Source: Callorhinchus milii (taxonomy: Eukaryota). Taken from it: 64,000 nt of DNA. Positions 26,144 through 41,754 of the stretch are shown here, one piece after another. How positions within the stretch are numbered: the stretch's first letter is position 1; each line of letters opens with the position of its first letter. The position numbers and the translations under genes were made by a program. Where the stretch lies: assembly GCF_018977255.1 (NCBI RefSeq), contig NW_024704742.1:135162001-135226000 (forward strand). The letters are read 5' to 3'. Below the pieces are notes generated by a model. The model was not told where the DNA came from. It saw only the letters and a list, made by a program, of their open reading frames with translations, and did no database searches.

Positions 26144-28670
26144 AACAACAACAACAAGATTCCATTTATAGAGCGTCTTTCACGTCGGGAGGACGTCCCA
26201 AGGCGCTGTACAGTTGGGTGGGGACCCGAGCAGTTGTGAAATGGTCAGGGTGATGTGATGGAAGGGAGGGAGCGAGGAGGGGGTAGAGTCGAGAGGGGAG
26301 CTGAATGCACGGTCAAAGAGAAAGGTCTTGAGACCGGCCTTGAAGGAGGAAAGGGAGGCGAAGGCACTGGGGGATAGAGTTCCAGAGCCTCGGGGCTGAG
26401 AGGCTGAAGGCCCGGCCACCGATAGTAGGGCGGTTAGGGCGGGGGATGTGGATCAGAGCCAGAGGAACGGAGGGTACGGGCAGGTAAGTAGGGGGATAGT
26501 AGGTCAGAGAGGGAGGAGGGAGCAAGGCCGTGGATGGCCTTGTAGGTGAGGATGAGGATCTTGAATTTGATCCTCTGGGGGATGGGGAGCCAGTGGAGGC
26601 GAGCGAGGGTGGGAGTGATGTGGTCCCGAAGCCTGGTGCGGGACAGTACACGAGCTGCAGAGTTCTGAATGCAGAGGTGCCGGGAAGGCCGGCGAGGAGA
26701 GTGTTCCCATAGTCCAGCCTTGAGGTGATAAAGGCGTGGACCAGAGTTTCAGCAGCGTGAGGGGTGAGGTAGTGCCGTAGTCTGGCGATATTCCGGAGGT
26801 GATGGAAGGCGGTGCCAATTGTGGCACGGATATGAGGAAGAAAGGACAGCTCAGGGTCGAACAGAACCCCGAGGTTCCTGATGGCTTTGAGAGGTGGAGA
26901 GTGCAGCCTTGGATGCTGATGGTGTCAGCGCCTGAGGTGCGGAGGCGCTGACGTGAGCCAATCAGGAGGGCCTCGGTTTTTCGCACGTTGAGCTGAAGAA
27001 AGTTGTCTCTCGTCCAGGACTCGATGTCGGACAGGCAGCTGTCAGGACATCGGGGGTCGTGGAGTTGAGGGTAAAGGAGGAAAGGTAGAGTTGGGTGTCA
27101 TCCGCATACATGTGGAAGTTAACCCCATGTCTGCGGATGATGTCACCACAGGGGGAGCATATAGAGGGTGAAGAGGAGGGGACCGAGGACAGAGCCCTGA
27201 GGGACACCGCACGAGACAGTGCGGGGGGTGGAGGAAAAGCCGTTCGTGGAAACAACTTGAAGACGGTGGGAGAGGTACGAACTAAACCACTCAAGGACAG
27301 AGCCTTGAAGGTTGAGGTGGGAAGACAAGCGGTGGAGGAGGATAGCGTGGTCGACTGTATCGAACGCTGCCGATAGGTCGAGGAGGACGAGGAGGCAGAG
27401 GGAGCCCTGGTCGCAGATGGTCAGGATGTCATTGGTGACCTTGACCAGGGCAGTTTCTGTGCTATGGGCAGCACGGAAACCCGACTGAAGGGGTTCGAAT
27501 AATGAATAGGTGGAGAGGAAAGAGCGCAGCTGGAAGGCGACAACTCGTTCAAGGAACTTGGACAGGAAGGGGAGGTTGGAGATGGGCCGGTAGCTTGATA
27601 GCTGCGACGCATCAAGGGAGGGTTTTTCCAAGGTGGGAGTGATGGTGACAGTTTTTAAGGGAATGGGAACAGAGCCAGAGGAGAGGGACAGGTTGATGAT
27701 GTCAGTGATATGTGGGGCAAGGAGGTGGAGCTGGGAGATAAGGAGTGGAGTGGGGATGGGGTCAAGGGAGCAGGTGGTGGGTTTCAGGGATAGGATGAGT
27801 TTGGTGACAGAGGGTGGGGAAACGGGTACGAAAGTGTGTAAGGGAGGATGGGTAGGAGTCGGAGTGTGGGAGGGAAGGGGTGGGGGTGGGTGGATGTTGG
27901 AGGGGAAGTGACCGCGGAGCGAATTCCCTTGATTTTGGATTCAAGGAAATCCAGCATCTCCTCGCAGTGAAGGTTGGAGGAGATGACCTGCGCGGGGTGG
28001 CGGGGGGGACGGAGGAGTTGGGATGTGGTAGAAAACAGTAGCCTGGGGTTGTTCTTCGCCTCCAGGATTATCCTGGAGTAGAAGGACGACTTGGCCGAGG
28101 CTAGAGTGGAGCGGTAGATTTTGAGGAGGTCCAGCCAGATTTGTCGGTGGACCGTTAGGCCAGATTTGACGCAGGTGCATTCAGCGGCCCGCACCTGGCT
28201 CTTCAGTGAGCGGAGGTGGGTGGTGAACCAGGGGGAGGAGCGAGAGTAGGAGATAGTACGGGAGGTGATGTGGGCAAGAGTGTCAAGTGTGAAGGAGAGG
28301 GTGTTGTGGAGGAGGGTGAGAGGAGAAGAGGGGTCAGTGAGGGTTGAAGGCCAGAGGGAGAGGAGTTCAGAGGACTCCAAAGCAGCGGTTAGGGATCGTG
28401 GGGCTAGCTTCTTCCAGGGGCGGTAGAAGATGGTGGTGGGTCTGGTGGAGGTGGGTAGAGGTGGTGAAGGAAATGAAGTGGTGATCAGAGATGGTCTTGT
28501 CGGTGATAGTGACATCCGAGACACTGAGGCCCCGGGTGATCACCAAGTCGAGTGGATGGCCGTGACTGTGAGTGGGGGAGTTGCTGTGGAGGGAGAGGTT
28601 GAGCGAGGAGAGCAGGGAGGAGAAGTCTGAGGAGATGCAGCAGGAGGAGGTGAAGTGCAGGTTTAAGTCA
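26144..28670 (-). mobile_element. L2 LINE, about 2.5 kb, 5'-truncated within the APE endonuclease; ORF2 frameshifted
   Basis: Endonuclease: DLNLH...PTHSHGHPLDLVIT...[55 protein letters not shown] (27097-27108). (GTT)n tail. Confidence 0.96.
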
Positions 28671-29202
28671 GTGTTGGATGGCCAATCTCAGGAGTACATA
28701 CAGTGCTAGTATTGGAAAAAATACATCACATCATGAGGGTGACACCTGGGGTAAAGGGATTTGCTTAGAACGACAGGCTGAGTAAATTTAGTTTGTATTC
28801 TCTAAATCTGAGACAAATGAGGTTAAGTGCTTAAAATAATCAAGAGATTTGACAAAGTAAATAAGGAATAATGCTTCCACGCAGTTAGCAAATCCAGGAC
28901 AGACATAAATCTATTTCCTCAGCTCTTCAATGATAACCGACAATCCCTATGATCTTTTAGAATCAAAAATTGGATTTCAAAAGAAGCAATCTGCAACTTC
29001 TCTACAAACAGCCAAGACTGGAAAGCAGCAGCAAAGCAATTAATAGTCTTACAGCACAGCTACTAATGTTTCAACCCATAGAAGCACTTTTAAGCAACCT
29101 TATTATAAATTTTTAAAAAAACCCTGCAAGCACAGAGGAGCACATAAACCCTTCTGGATGAACAGTGGGTATTTTTACAGTACTATCCTCAAACTAAACA
29201 TT

Positions 29203-29580
29203 GTGGTGTCGTGTAGCCTAATGGTTACAGCACCCGCCTCGCAAACAGGAGGACCTGGGTTTGATTCCCAGCAGGGTGAAACGTTGGGCAAGTTTCCTTA
29301 CTCCACATGCCTCTGTTTATCTGGCAGTAAGTAGGAACCCAGCTGTTAGTCGATTGGAGCATCGTTTTTCCGGGGGTAATAATTCCTTCAAAATAAATTT
29401 TAAAAATAATTTGGTTACTCTATTCAAGATTGTTTGTGGGACACTGCTGTGCGCAATTGGCTGCCACGTTTCACCCACAAAATATACAGTCAATTCACTT
29501 TACCGTATATTCTGTGAAGTGCTTTGAGACGTCTCGAAGACATGATAAGGCGCTATATCAAATGCAAGGATTATTATTAT
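29203..29580 (+). mobile_element. tRNA-derived SINE, long subfamily, full length
   Basis: Head, central segment and tail as in the other copies. Confidence 0.9.
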
Positions 29581-30599
29581 CTTTTTAAATCTGTTTTACC
29601 CTGTCATGACTGTATAGGAGTGTTGAGTGACATCCACCCTTTTGCTAATACTGGAAACAGGTCGACAAGCAGCCAGTTTTGTGGAGAAACTTCCACGGAT
29701 CAAAGTATTACATTTCGCTTTTTAAGCCACAATAAAATATTCAGATGCAGCTAAATAGGATCCAGTTCGACCTCACTCCACACACACACTCTCCTTTCTT
29801 CTGCATACAAGCGCCAAGCAGAGACAGATAGCACTGCAATAGTCAGAACGCAAATGGGAGGCTCAGTGCTGTGAAAGAGGTCAATCTTTGATTTAACACC
29901 AACACCGCCTTCAATCCCCGAGAGATCAACTGCATAGTTCTATCACTTAAAGTAACAATTTCATTAGCAGAGTTATCCTGGGTAACATTGCCTCTTCATA
30001 TTGCTGCAGTGCTCTCTCACTCTCTCTCTCCAGGTGCAGGAAAGTGGAGAGGGGAGGCAGCAATGTTGAAGCCACACACAAGCCGGACAGACGTCCAAAC
30101 CCCATTAGACATGAAGCAACACGTGACTGACATCAAAACGGACGCCAAGCACGATGCACTCTTTACTGGAGGGGTGTTAATAGAACAGGAAACAAATACT
30201 CAGCAATTTGTTTCTGAGACAGCGCCACTCCCCCAGATGCAATCAGTATTTGCAGCAATATTTTGGGAGCCACTGAAACATGCTTAAATATATTCCCGAT
30301 TATTAGTGATGATAATAATACTTGCATTTGGTATCGCGCCTTATCACGTCGTCAAAACGTCTCAAAGCGCTTCACAGGATTTACTGTAAAGTGGATTGAC
30401 TGTATATTGTGGATGAAACGGGACTGTGCCAGGCTTTAAAACAACTTGTATGGAAGATAATATGGGGTGAAGGGATTTGAGTAGAACGACACATTTTCCA
30501 AGCTGGTTTCCAAGAGAACCCGTACCTCCCTTCCCAAACAAACAATTTTGAGAAATCTAAAATTATTATGATTGTGAAAATTTAAATTTAAGCAGATTC

Positions 30600-30775
30600 G
30601 ATAGTGGTTTTCAAAAGGGAATTGGATAGGTACTTGATTAGGAAACATTTGCAGGGCTATGGAGTAAGAGCGGGGGAGTAGGAATAGTTGGATTGCTCTT
30701 TTGAAGACCAGCACAGACACAACGGGATGGTCAAATGGCCTTCTTCTCTGCTGTAAGATTCTATGATTCTAATGT
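30600..30775 (+). mobile_element. CR1 LINE 3' end
   Basis: tttcaaaagggaattggataggtacttg...aatggccttcttctctgctgtaagattctatgattcta. Confidence 0.8.
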
Positions 30776-32939
30776 CAGCACTTCTGCTAATTTAATAATA
30801 CAAAAAATAATCCTTGCATTTGATATACCGCCTTATCACATCTTCGAAATGTCTCAAAGCGCTTACTGTGCAAAGCTCCATCCACACAGTTCTAAAATGC
30901 CCTGTGAGATGCCAGCGAGGCTGTTTCACTGGGGCATGATAGCACTATAAGTATCCACCCCATCTACTGCACAATAAGCATTTCACAGCTGGAAATTTTA
31001 TACGCCGCAGTCAATACACATCAGCAATTTTACATTCACTTAAACGGTTCGTCTAAAAACGTCCTGCAAGAAAAACAATCCCAAATTTAGAATCTAGCAT
31101 GTGATTTCTTCCAGAAAATTCTATTTAGCTCTTGCCCTCCCCCTCTCTTCACCACCCACCCCCCCACCCCCCACAAAAGCAGAACAAGCAAGCAATTGCA
31201 ATTGAGAATGCAGGGACATGCAGGTGAACAACAAGTCAAGGACAAAAGGACGAGCTAGAAAAGCTCTACATTTGGTTCGGTTCCAATGTTGCAATTGTCA
31301 GGATGGGCCTACATTATTTTTTGGACCATAATCTGTACCAAATTATCTTGTGCAACCTTTAATCGGGGTGATGGTCACCCTAGAATGAGAGCTGAATTTC
31401 AGTTAAGAATTTGCTAGGCAAAAGAAGACCAAGGTCCATCCAGTTTGCCTTCCACCATCCTGGCAACTGTATAACATTACGTGTCTCAAACTATATAGTG
31501 TACCCCGAGATATTATTTCTGAACAGAAATCTATCTAATTTGTTTTCGAAAGAATCAAATTAGATCATTTTTTATTTAAATCATTTTGACTATAAAAAGG
31601 GATTGTCATGGCCTCTCAGCAATTACTAGTTTCACTCGACTGTATTTAACAGGCTGGTTTGATTTGTTCTGCCTGTAAAATATAGTCTCTACACTTTACA
31701 ATAAATGCTTTGAGACGTGTTCCCAACTGTGAAAGGCGCTGCATCAAATGCAAGAATTATTACCAGTACTGTGCTTGTATGTGTATGTGGTGGTGGTGGT
31801 GGGGGGGGGGAAGAGGAAAGAAAGAGCCCAAAGAAGAAACTGCCTGATTATTGAAGGCTTCGAATGTTGTAAAGAATTTCACTCGATCTTGATGCCGCTG
31901 ACAGGAATGCTCCAGAGACTTGAATTTACAAGGTACAGATTGGCTGTCAAACCAGCAACCAATTACTGGAATTATTTAAGCAACAAATTCCCTCGATCCA
32001 TTCACTTCCTTTCAGCTGGCAATTGCACTGGCCCAGAAATTTGGTTGGTGACAAGTTAAAATACAAACAACAACTTGAATCTATATAGTGCTCTTCACAT
32101 TGGGTAGTGTCTCAAGAATGGCATTGTTTGAGCCGGGAGAGAGCGGAGGTGACATTAGGCACGGTCGTAGAATGAAGTCTTCAGGTGCAATCTGAAGACA
32201 AGCAAGGTGGAGGGATTGAGGCATAAAAGTCTCTAGCTCGATATTTCCATATGGAAACAGTAGTGAGGACTTGTGATTCGTTTTGCCCACAAAATATGCA
32301 TTCAATCCGCTTTACAATATATTCGGTGAAGCGCTTTGAGATGTCTCAACAACGTGATAAGGCGCTATGTCAAATGCAAGGATTATTATTATTAGGAATT
32401 GTGAATTGCAAGTCTACAAACACATTATATATCCAAGGAAACTAACCACACCCCCAAATAAAAATTATACATTAGCAAAGCTGTATCAGAGCATAAGCAG
32501 AGGACTGTGCAGAATAGTGCCGTAAAAGTATTTAACCATTGACAGAAATAGTAATGTAAATCCATGCAGCCCTGAAATATATTAGGGGACTGTGCCAACC
32601 AGTTACAAACAGATATTTAAACCTATTGGATAGCTCAAAGACACACTCCAGCTTAGCACCATAACAGTGCGAACAATTGATGCGCAACTGTTTTTTGCCA
32701 TAACAGAACGTACCAATAATTATTTTCGGTCTAAAAACTGATAAACGGACAACTTTTGTGCACATTAGCATTCAAGTGAAATCTGAATCAACAGGAGTTT
32801 GTGTACTCTGATTGACGTCCTTGTGGGAATTGGAATCATTGTATATTGAACCTTGAAGTTGTGGTTGAAAAGCATCCAAAGATGGGGAGGCTAAATTGGT
32901 TCCAGTCTTCTAAGGGTTAAGGGAAGGAAAGGGTGAGGG

Positions 32940-33130
32940 AGGAATTAACCACAGTTCCTGCTGATCCCTTGCCTACCAAATGAGGAGAGGGCAGGCTTAT
33001 CTATCACGTCCTCTACCATCGAGTGCCTGCCCACACACACTGCTAAGGTTCACACATGAATAGCAGTCATTTGAACAGGTGCCGGAGGGCAAATGGAGCC
33101 TGTGGAACGTCACCCCAGCATGAGAAGGCT
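32940..33130 (+). mobile_element. Ancient SINE fragment (AmnSINE2-like, from memory)
   Basis: gcctgcccacacacactgctaaggttcacacatgaa...gaggtgccggagggc...gtggaac..accccagcatgag resembles an old vertebrate SINE 3' region. Confidence 0.4.
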
Positions 33131-36100
33131 GGGGACCAGGAGCAGAGGTATATAACGATAGGGACAAAATTAGAAAATAAATGATCAGACATGCTATACA
33201 TTAATTCAAGCAAATCAAGCTATCAAGAGAATACCTGACTCAGTAGTAACTGATTGGCTCAGCTTACAAAGTTACATCTAAACACGCTCTGCTAGGTAAA
33301 CCAGCACACAAACAAGTCGTGCAATTTAATAGCACTAATTCCTGCCTTATTTCTGTGGAGTGTTAAAAGAAGAATCAGAAATGTTTTTGAATTTGATCAG
33401 ATGTTCTAACACAGGTTAGAAGATTTGCTTGTTAAGTTTCCTCCCCCACTTTCCAAAGAACTACAGACTTACTACATGAACCACTTTGTGTCAAATGCAA
33501 AGCAATTGAAAGCAAGCCACTATTCTGGTGCATTATCAGACCATCTATTTTGTTGGTATTACAGGCACTAAATACCACATGGATAGATGCAGACACACAC
33601 ACATAAACACAGAGGGAGAGAGAGAATGGTTGATGATTCTTACTGGTGCCTCGAGAGGCTGAGTGCAAGATATCAGATGAGGACTGTAGAGCTCCCAGGC
33701 TTTTGCAGGGTCAGGGTAATGCTCGTGAGGTATGTGGACTACTGCCTCTCCCACATACCCAACCTCTGCATTCTGGTCTCTCTGCTAAAGGATAAAAAAT
33801 AAACGGTGGAAGAAGGAAGAGGGAATAGAGCAAAAAAGAAAAAAAAAGTTCAAATGAGAATTAATAGGCAAATCATATGACAGCAATGGCTTTAACAACA
33901 ATAATCTGGATCAATCACACACATGCATAAATGGATAACAATCTGGCAAAGAAAATGTTAAAAAACTACACAGTGTCTTAATAGTAATCATTGATTCGCA
34001 CATTTATTTACGACTTGGATATCATTGTAAGTTATTACATTCGTGACATTACAACTGGGCAAAACGTAATAGGGCGGGACTAGTGATGTGTATAAAGAAA
34101 CATCGAAGGCTGGAACAGAATTTCTACATCTAAAGTGTTAAACGTGGAGGAGGGGAGAAAGGTTACAACTGTCATCAATCACAAACTACACAATTTGAAA
34201 TCAGTTCTTTCCTTCGTGCAAAATAACTTAGGACACAAAGGTACTCTCTAGTACACACACACACAATCACTCAGATGGCAAATTAACTCACTCTTTCTGT
34301 TGGGGAACATTTTTCAATGCGTATCCCTCTCCCCCCACAATACTGGCTGGTAAACATTTGAAACAGGAGCACAGTTTTTGTTGACCAGCATTTTGATAGC
34401 TACATGCGGTATTACATTTCTTTTAGCGTGAATGGTGATGTCTATGCTTGTTAAAGACATGTTCCTGCAATCACACTTTGTAACCTGGCAGAACTGTGTC
34501 AGAATTAATTCACCTTCTGGTCCCATATTTGCACACCCATTGGCTTCATTATAATATACAGGCCACAAGAAACACAAATGGCATTTATATCAGCACCTTT
34601 TATATAGGGTGACATTCCTATATAGTTCTAGAGAAACGCTATATTTCTCTAGGTGCTATCTTTCGGTTGAGATTTTAACTGAGGTCCGATCCTCTAGATC
34701 AGGTGGACATTTAAGATCCCATGGCACTCTTCAACAAAAGGGACTTTCTGCCAGTGTCCTGGCAACAATCCCCCACAAATTGGTTATTCACTTCACAGCT
34801 GTTTATGGGACATTGATCTGTGTAAAATGGCTGCTGCATTCACCTACAAAATACAGTCACTGCACTTTGCAGGAAAAAAACGTGGAGCCCTTAGAAGCAT
34901 TACGACGTGGCAAGTCACTATGTCAAATGCAAGCATTATCATATGGTTTTCCTGTGCGGTGACTGTATTTATAGGTTAAAATTGGCTATACTCAACACAG
35001 AAAGGTCCCACAAACTGGTTTGAGTGTACCATCCCCAGTGGAATGCTAACCCTAACGCTAAATTCAGTTTCTGACCAGGGGTTGGAAAGAGAGGAGATTG
35101 GAGGTGAGGCTTAAGCTTGTAGCCTTCCGTGCTGGACATTAAAGTGCTATAATCTGAGCCATTTATGAAACCAAACCGGTAGCAATAGAGATGATATATT
35201 GCTACCAGTTTTCACTCAGAGCAACATTCAAAAAACTGAAACTATCTACTCCTTCGAAAAGCTATTTTTGCTTAAATTATTATCATCTCCCACCCCCTTT
35301 GCTCATCCCAGCCTGATGCAAGGGTAAATATCCTCCAGGGAAGGACCACAATATCATTGCTCTGCCTTTAAAACAAAAACCCACAGTGATTACACAGCCC
35401 GTTTTATATTACGATAACAGGAGCACCCCCCTCAACAGTGAGTGAAACAGATCCACTCTTGCGGTGAAATGTTCTGGGAAAAAAATAACTTGAAAATAGG
35501 CCAGTTCTTCCCGGAATCTGCCCAGATTATTGTTCTTTTGTTATCTTTTTTTTTTAAAATCATGACTCCAGATTGCTTAACCAAAAAATGGTGACGTTGC
35601 TTGAAAAATGTCAAGCGTACAAAATCATTACTGTTATCCTATACTGCATTGGCAAATAACACAATGGTCATTTATCCATGCGTGAACATGACAATACAAT
35701 TTTCTAGGATGATAAATTGCATTTTAAATAATACTTGCATTTGTTTTAGCACCATACCACACGTTCAGACGTCTCAACGTGCTTCACAGAATGCACTGTA
35801 AAATGGATTGACTGTATTTTGTGGGCGAAATGCAGTGTCCCACAGTTATGGATTGAGTGACCAATTTTTTTTCAAGGGATTATTAGCCTCGGAAAGCAAT
35901 CCTAGATACTGGGTTCCTACATACTGCCATGTAAACAGAGATGTATGGTGTAGGAAAATTTGCTTAAGGTTTTGCTCCGTCCAGGAATCTATTTGTAGGA
36001 CACTGCTGTGTGCAATTGGCTGCCGCATTTCACCCACAAAATGCAGTCAATTCACTTTATGTAGTATATTCTGTGAAGTACTTTGATGACGTGACAAGGT

Positions 36101-37086
36101 GAGGATCAAATGCAAGGATTATTATTATTAAAATAATCACTCATGCCTCGTGTGATTTGTTGTTCATCAAACAGATATCAAATTACCTCTTGAATTTTGA
36201 CACATTCTGTCTCCACTGCAGTAAAAGAATCATTTAATTTTAATAATTTTTAAAATAATTTGAATCCCCTAATTTTACACACTCTTCCCGCTCTCCCAGC
36301 CTGGCCCCACCACACCGAACGAGGATTGGTGTAAAAGGATATCATAAGCATTTTTCAAACAGAACATTATCAGAGCAAGGTGAACAGGATTATAAAGTCA
36401 AGGACACCGGTAAAGTAGTAATATAATCCAGAAGTACAGATAATACTGGAAATTACAAGTGTTTCATCTGAACTATTGCCACAAGATCATAATAGTGGTA
36501 CAGATGAAGTTCCAGCCAGTTTCATCTCCTTCCATAATACTCCAGTCAACTATCTTCCCATTGTAATATCAATCTAGTCCTTAACACCTGGCCTTACTGA
36601 CTGTTCCGGCTGTAATTACGCTGCATAAAGAAATGTTTTAGGATGGTGTCCATCCTAAAATTACCCTTCATCACACTGAACCTGCGTCCTCATCTTGTCT
36701 TTAAGATCTTTCAAAGGCTTAACAATGTTTTCAGGTGAAAGCCTCTATATAAATGCAAGCTGTAGTATTTGGAATGCTAATGGGTGTCTGTCTCTAAACA
36801 AGAAGCTAATCGCCGTTAGTATTTCAAGATTTCTCAACAATTCAAGGTTTGAGGTTAGGCACAATACGTCTTGAAATGAGACCTGCTTCGCAATAGCAAA
36901 AACGCCAACTGATACCATGCCCCCATCTGCTGGTCAATGTGTACAGTTGCAATAAGAAGCCATCTCCGCATCAGGAAAGCCACACTGTGCTCACTTATAG
37001 TTAAAACGGAAATATCACCTTTTGAAATGCTGTCAGCAAAAGAACATAAAGCACTCATTTCCCTACATCCCTACTTAAGAGCATCA

Positions 37087-37335
<249 letters not shown>

Positions 37336-37928
37336 TCACTTTACAGTACGTTCTTTAAAGCGCCTTGAGACATCTAAACAACTTGATAAGACACTATCAA
37401 ATGCAAGGATTATTATTAACATTCAATGCATCACAGCTCACATCTGTACAGCATATTTCACAATAAAAAATTCTCCAAAGGCTTTATAAAATAGACTAAT
37501 CTAAAATTTAAGTGAACAACAATTTGCATTTGTATAGCGCCGCTCATGCGGGGTAGCGTCCCAGAGCGCTTGACAGTGGCAGGGCACGATTCAATGCCAG
37601 GGGAGGTGACGGTCAAAGAGGAAGGACTGTAGGCACGTTCTGAGGATGGACAAGGAAGGGGCAAGGTGGAGGGATAGAGGAAGAGTGTCCGAGAGTTTTG
37701 GGGCGTGGTGGTCAAAAGCGCAGACACCCATAGTTTAACAGAGGGTACAAGGGATAAGCAGGAGGCCAAAGCCAGTCGAATACAGGTACATGCAGCAGCT
37801 ATTTTGCACCGATATCCTAAAGACAAGAAACGTGATGAATATAGAAACTGCATTTTATAGCACTTGATGCATCTGGGAAAGTGGTCTACATTGACTGTCA
37901 AGTGTAGTGACTTTCTTGTCACGAGTCA

Positions 37929-38144
<216 letters not shown>

Positions 38145-38265
38145 CTAGTATTCAGAAAGCACCAGAACTATTATATAAACGACCACTCGACTATTTGCAA
38201 GTGGGCAGGCAGCCAAGCACTGTCTAAAACCTATCATAAAATGAAACAACTTGTTATGAAGCCTT

Positions 38266-38970
38266 ACAACAACAACAAAATGACATTTGTATAGCACCTT
38301 TCACGTCGGGTGTACATCCCAAGGCTCTGGACAGTCAGTGCTTCGGACCCAAGCTGGGGGTCGTAATCGGGGAGGGTGGAGGGCGGCGGGGGGGGAAGGA
38401 ATGTGATCAAAGGCGCGGTCGACGAGGAGGATTTTGAGATGGGTCTTGAAGGAGGCAAGGGAGGGGGCGATGCAGACGGACTGCGGGATGGAGTGCCAGC
38501 GGGTGGGTACAGAGTGACTGACGGCCCGCCCACCAATGCTGGGGCGGGCAATGCGGGGACGTGGAGCAGGCTGGAGCCCGCTGAGCGGAGGGAGCAATCA
38601 AGTTGGTAGGGGATTAGGAGGTCGCAGAGGTAGTGGGGAACAAGGCCATGGAGAGCTTTGAAGATGATGACCGGGATGTTGAACTGTATCCTCTGTGTGA
38701 TGGGAAGCCAGTGGAATCGGGTGAGGATGGGGGTGATAGGGTCGCAGAGCCTGGTGCGGGAGGACACAGGTTGCAGAGTTCTGAATGATCTGTAGCCTAT
38801 GGATGGAGGAGTTGGGAAGGCCGACAAGCAAGGAGTTTGCTTAGTCAAGCCTGGATGTTATGAATGTGTGTATGAGGATTTCGGCAGCCTGCGGTGTGAA
38901 AGTGGCGGGGCCAGGCGATGTTGCGGAGGTGGGAGAAGGCAGAGCGGATCATGGCACGGATGTGGGGTAG
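38266..38970 (-). mobile_element. L2 LINE 3' fragment
   Basis: TPILTRFHWLPITQRIQF...ALHGLVPHYLCDLL; (GTT)n tail. Confidence 0.92.
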
Positions 38971-39597
38971 AAAGCATAGTTATCTATGCAAATGCATTGA
39001 AGATAAGGATCTGACCAACCTTGTGTATACTGGACAACTCAGTGACAACACAGTTACTATCATTGTTACCAAACCCAAATACTGTAGTAAAGAATCAAAA
39101 CAAACCAAAGAACTACTCCAGCTAAAAAGGCCGAGTGATTTAAGCATTAACAAGGAGTAAAATGTACCCCAATTAGTTAATGTAAACTCAAGGCACATTT
39201 AAGATTTCTATGGGGCTGCTGCATTGCAAGCATGGAGTAAAAGCCCAGATTTCAACTTCCAATAGTAGGCTACAGAACATTGTACAACACAAGCTACACT
39301 TATACACATCGGGAAGCCATCAAAGCTCTTGGCAATTCTAGCTAGAGCTGTGGTTGGGAGCTAACGGTGGGGAGGCGAAAATTGAAACCACTTTCAAAGA
39401 GCTATGTTCTGAGCTTTATCTTGAAAGTGTGGAGTGGAGGAGGGGGGGAAAGAGTACAAGGCAACAAAACATGAGGGAGGGAAGGCCCACAGGACAAAAT
39501 GTAACCACAGTCATGTTTATCACTATTATTTTTTTCTGTAAAAAGATTTGAACAGAGCAGTTTCGGCTTCACATTTTATCGTTTGATCTGTCCATCA

Positions 39598-39783
<186 letters not shown>

Positions 39784-40212
39784 TCACACTCCACATAAGC
39801 AAGCTTTTGATAGATAAGGAAGGAAGGAAAGTTATATCTGAAGTTTACAGCATAAAAGGATGCGATTTAGCTCTATCTATGCTGATGCTAACTTTCCCAA
39901 AGGAGCTCTCCACTCTCCCATACACAACAACTTGGATTTATATAACGCCGGACGGATACCTACTTGCCTTGTATTTTTTTTCAAAATGTTATTCTAAACT
40001 CAGCTTCAACAGACATTTGAGGTAAGGTATTCCACATTCTAAATTCCCACTCTACAAACAAAAATTCAAACCTTCCTTTCATTATCGAGTGATGACCGTA
40101 ATTTGTGTCCTCTTGTTATAGTCTGGACAACCAGTGGAAACGGTTTATTTACCCTATTAAAAAACGCTCCCATAACTTTGAAAACCTCCATTAGATTTCT
40201 CCTTGAATCTTT

Positions 40213-41157
40213 GTTCCACCCTCAACTCCAGGACCACTGCTGTCCTGACAGACTGTCTGTCGGGCATCAAGTCCTGGATGAGGGCAAACTTCCTACAGTT
40301 GAATGTGAACAAGACTGAGGCCCTCCTGATTGGCTTGCGCCAGCGCCTCAGGCTCTGGCAGCATCAACCTCCATGGTTGCACACTACAACTCACCAAGTC
40401 AGTCAGTCAGGTGTCTTGTTCGACCCTCAACTGTCTTTTCTTCCCCACATTCAAGCCATGACCCGCTCTGCCTTCCCTCACCTCCGTAACATCGCCAACT
40501 CCGCCACTGCCTCACCCCTCAGGCCACTGAAACTCTTGTTCATGCCTTCATCACCTCCAGGCTCTAATATGCATACGCTCTGCTTGTTGGCCTTCCCAAC
40601 TCCTCCCTCCACAGGCTGCAGATAATCCAGAACTCTGCAGCCCGTGTCCTCTCCCGCACCAAACTCCGTGACCCCATCTCCCCCACTCTCGCCCGACTCC
40701 ATTGGCTCCCTATCCTTCAGAGGATCCAGTTCAAGATCCTGGTCCTCACATACAAAGCCCTCCATGGCCTCGCCCCATCCTACCTCTGCGACCTCCTAAA
40801 CCCCTACCAACCCGCCCGTTTCCTCTGCCAGCTGGCTATGGTCTGCTCCACGTCCCCCGACCCATCCCCCCCTCCATTGGTGGGAGAGCCTTCAGCCACT
40901 CTGCCCCCAATCTCTGAAATTCCATCCCCCAGTCACTCCGCCTCGCCCCCTCCTTAGCCTCCTTCAAGTCCCGCCTCAAGACCTTCCTCTTCAACCATGC
41001 CATCGGCCACCCCACTTCGCCTCCCCTCCCTTCCCCTCCCCCCCTTACTCCCCCAACCCCAGCTTGAGTCTGAAATGCTGTACTCTGTCCAGCGCCTTGG
41101 GACGTCCTCCCAACGTGAAAGGCACTATACAAATGTAATCTTGTTGCTATTGTTGTT
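40213..41157 (+). mobile_element. L2 LINE 3' fragment
   Basis: IKSWMRANFLQLNVNKTEALL...WLPILQRIQFKILVLTYKALHGLAPSYL; tail (ttg)n. Confidence 0.93.
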
Positions 41158-41754
41158 TGCTGTTCCAGCGGAAACAGTTCTAGTTTTTCAAATCGCTTCA
41201 CATCTTTTTAAACACCCATCCCTCCTCTCTCCACAATGAAGCTCCACTGTACTATCTCTATGGCTATGATGGGCTATCTATATACTCAGATACCCAAAAC
41301 CGGACTGCTGCTAACTGCAGCCTAACTTATGTCTTGCACGAACCTAATATTACCTTCTTACTTGTACATACAATAACCATACATATAAAACCTAGAATTC
41401 CATTTGAATATTTTATCTGACTTTAGTAAGGAAAAAAATGCTGAATACGTGAAATAAGCAATAATTGTATTTGATATAGCAACTATCAAAAGCACTTCAC
41501 AGAATGTGCTACTTTGAAGGGTAGTGGCTGCTGCAGATTAAAGCTGTAATGTCATCAAGATGTGTTCAAAATCTCTTGGGCATGCATTAAGTTCATATTG
41601 GTACATTTTCGACATTAGTATCACATCACCATCGCTGCACAACTTGTGACCTCAGTGAATTTGCAAAGTTACTTCATCTAAGTGACAATGTGTTATCTTG
41701 ACTCTGTTGGTAGCCCACTCATCTCTCATACTTAACAAAACATGCTCACATAAT

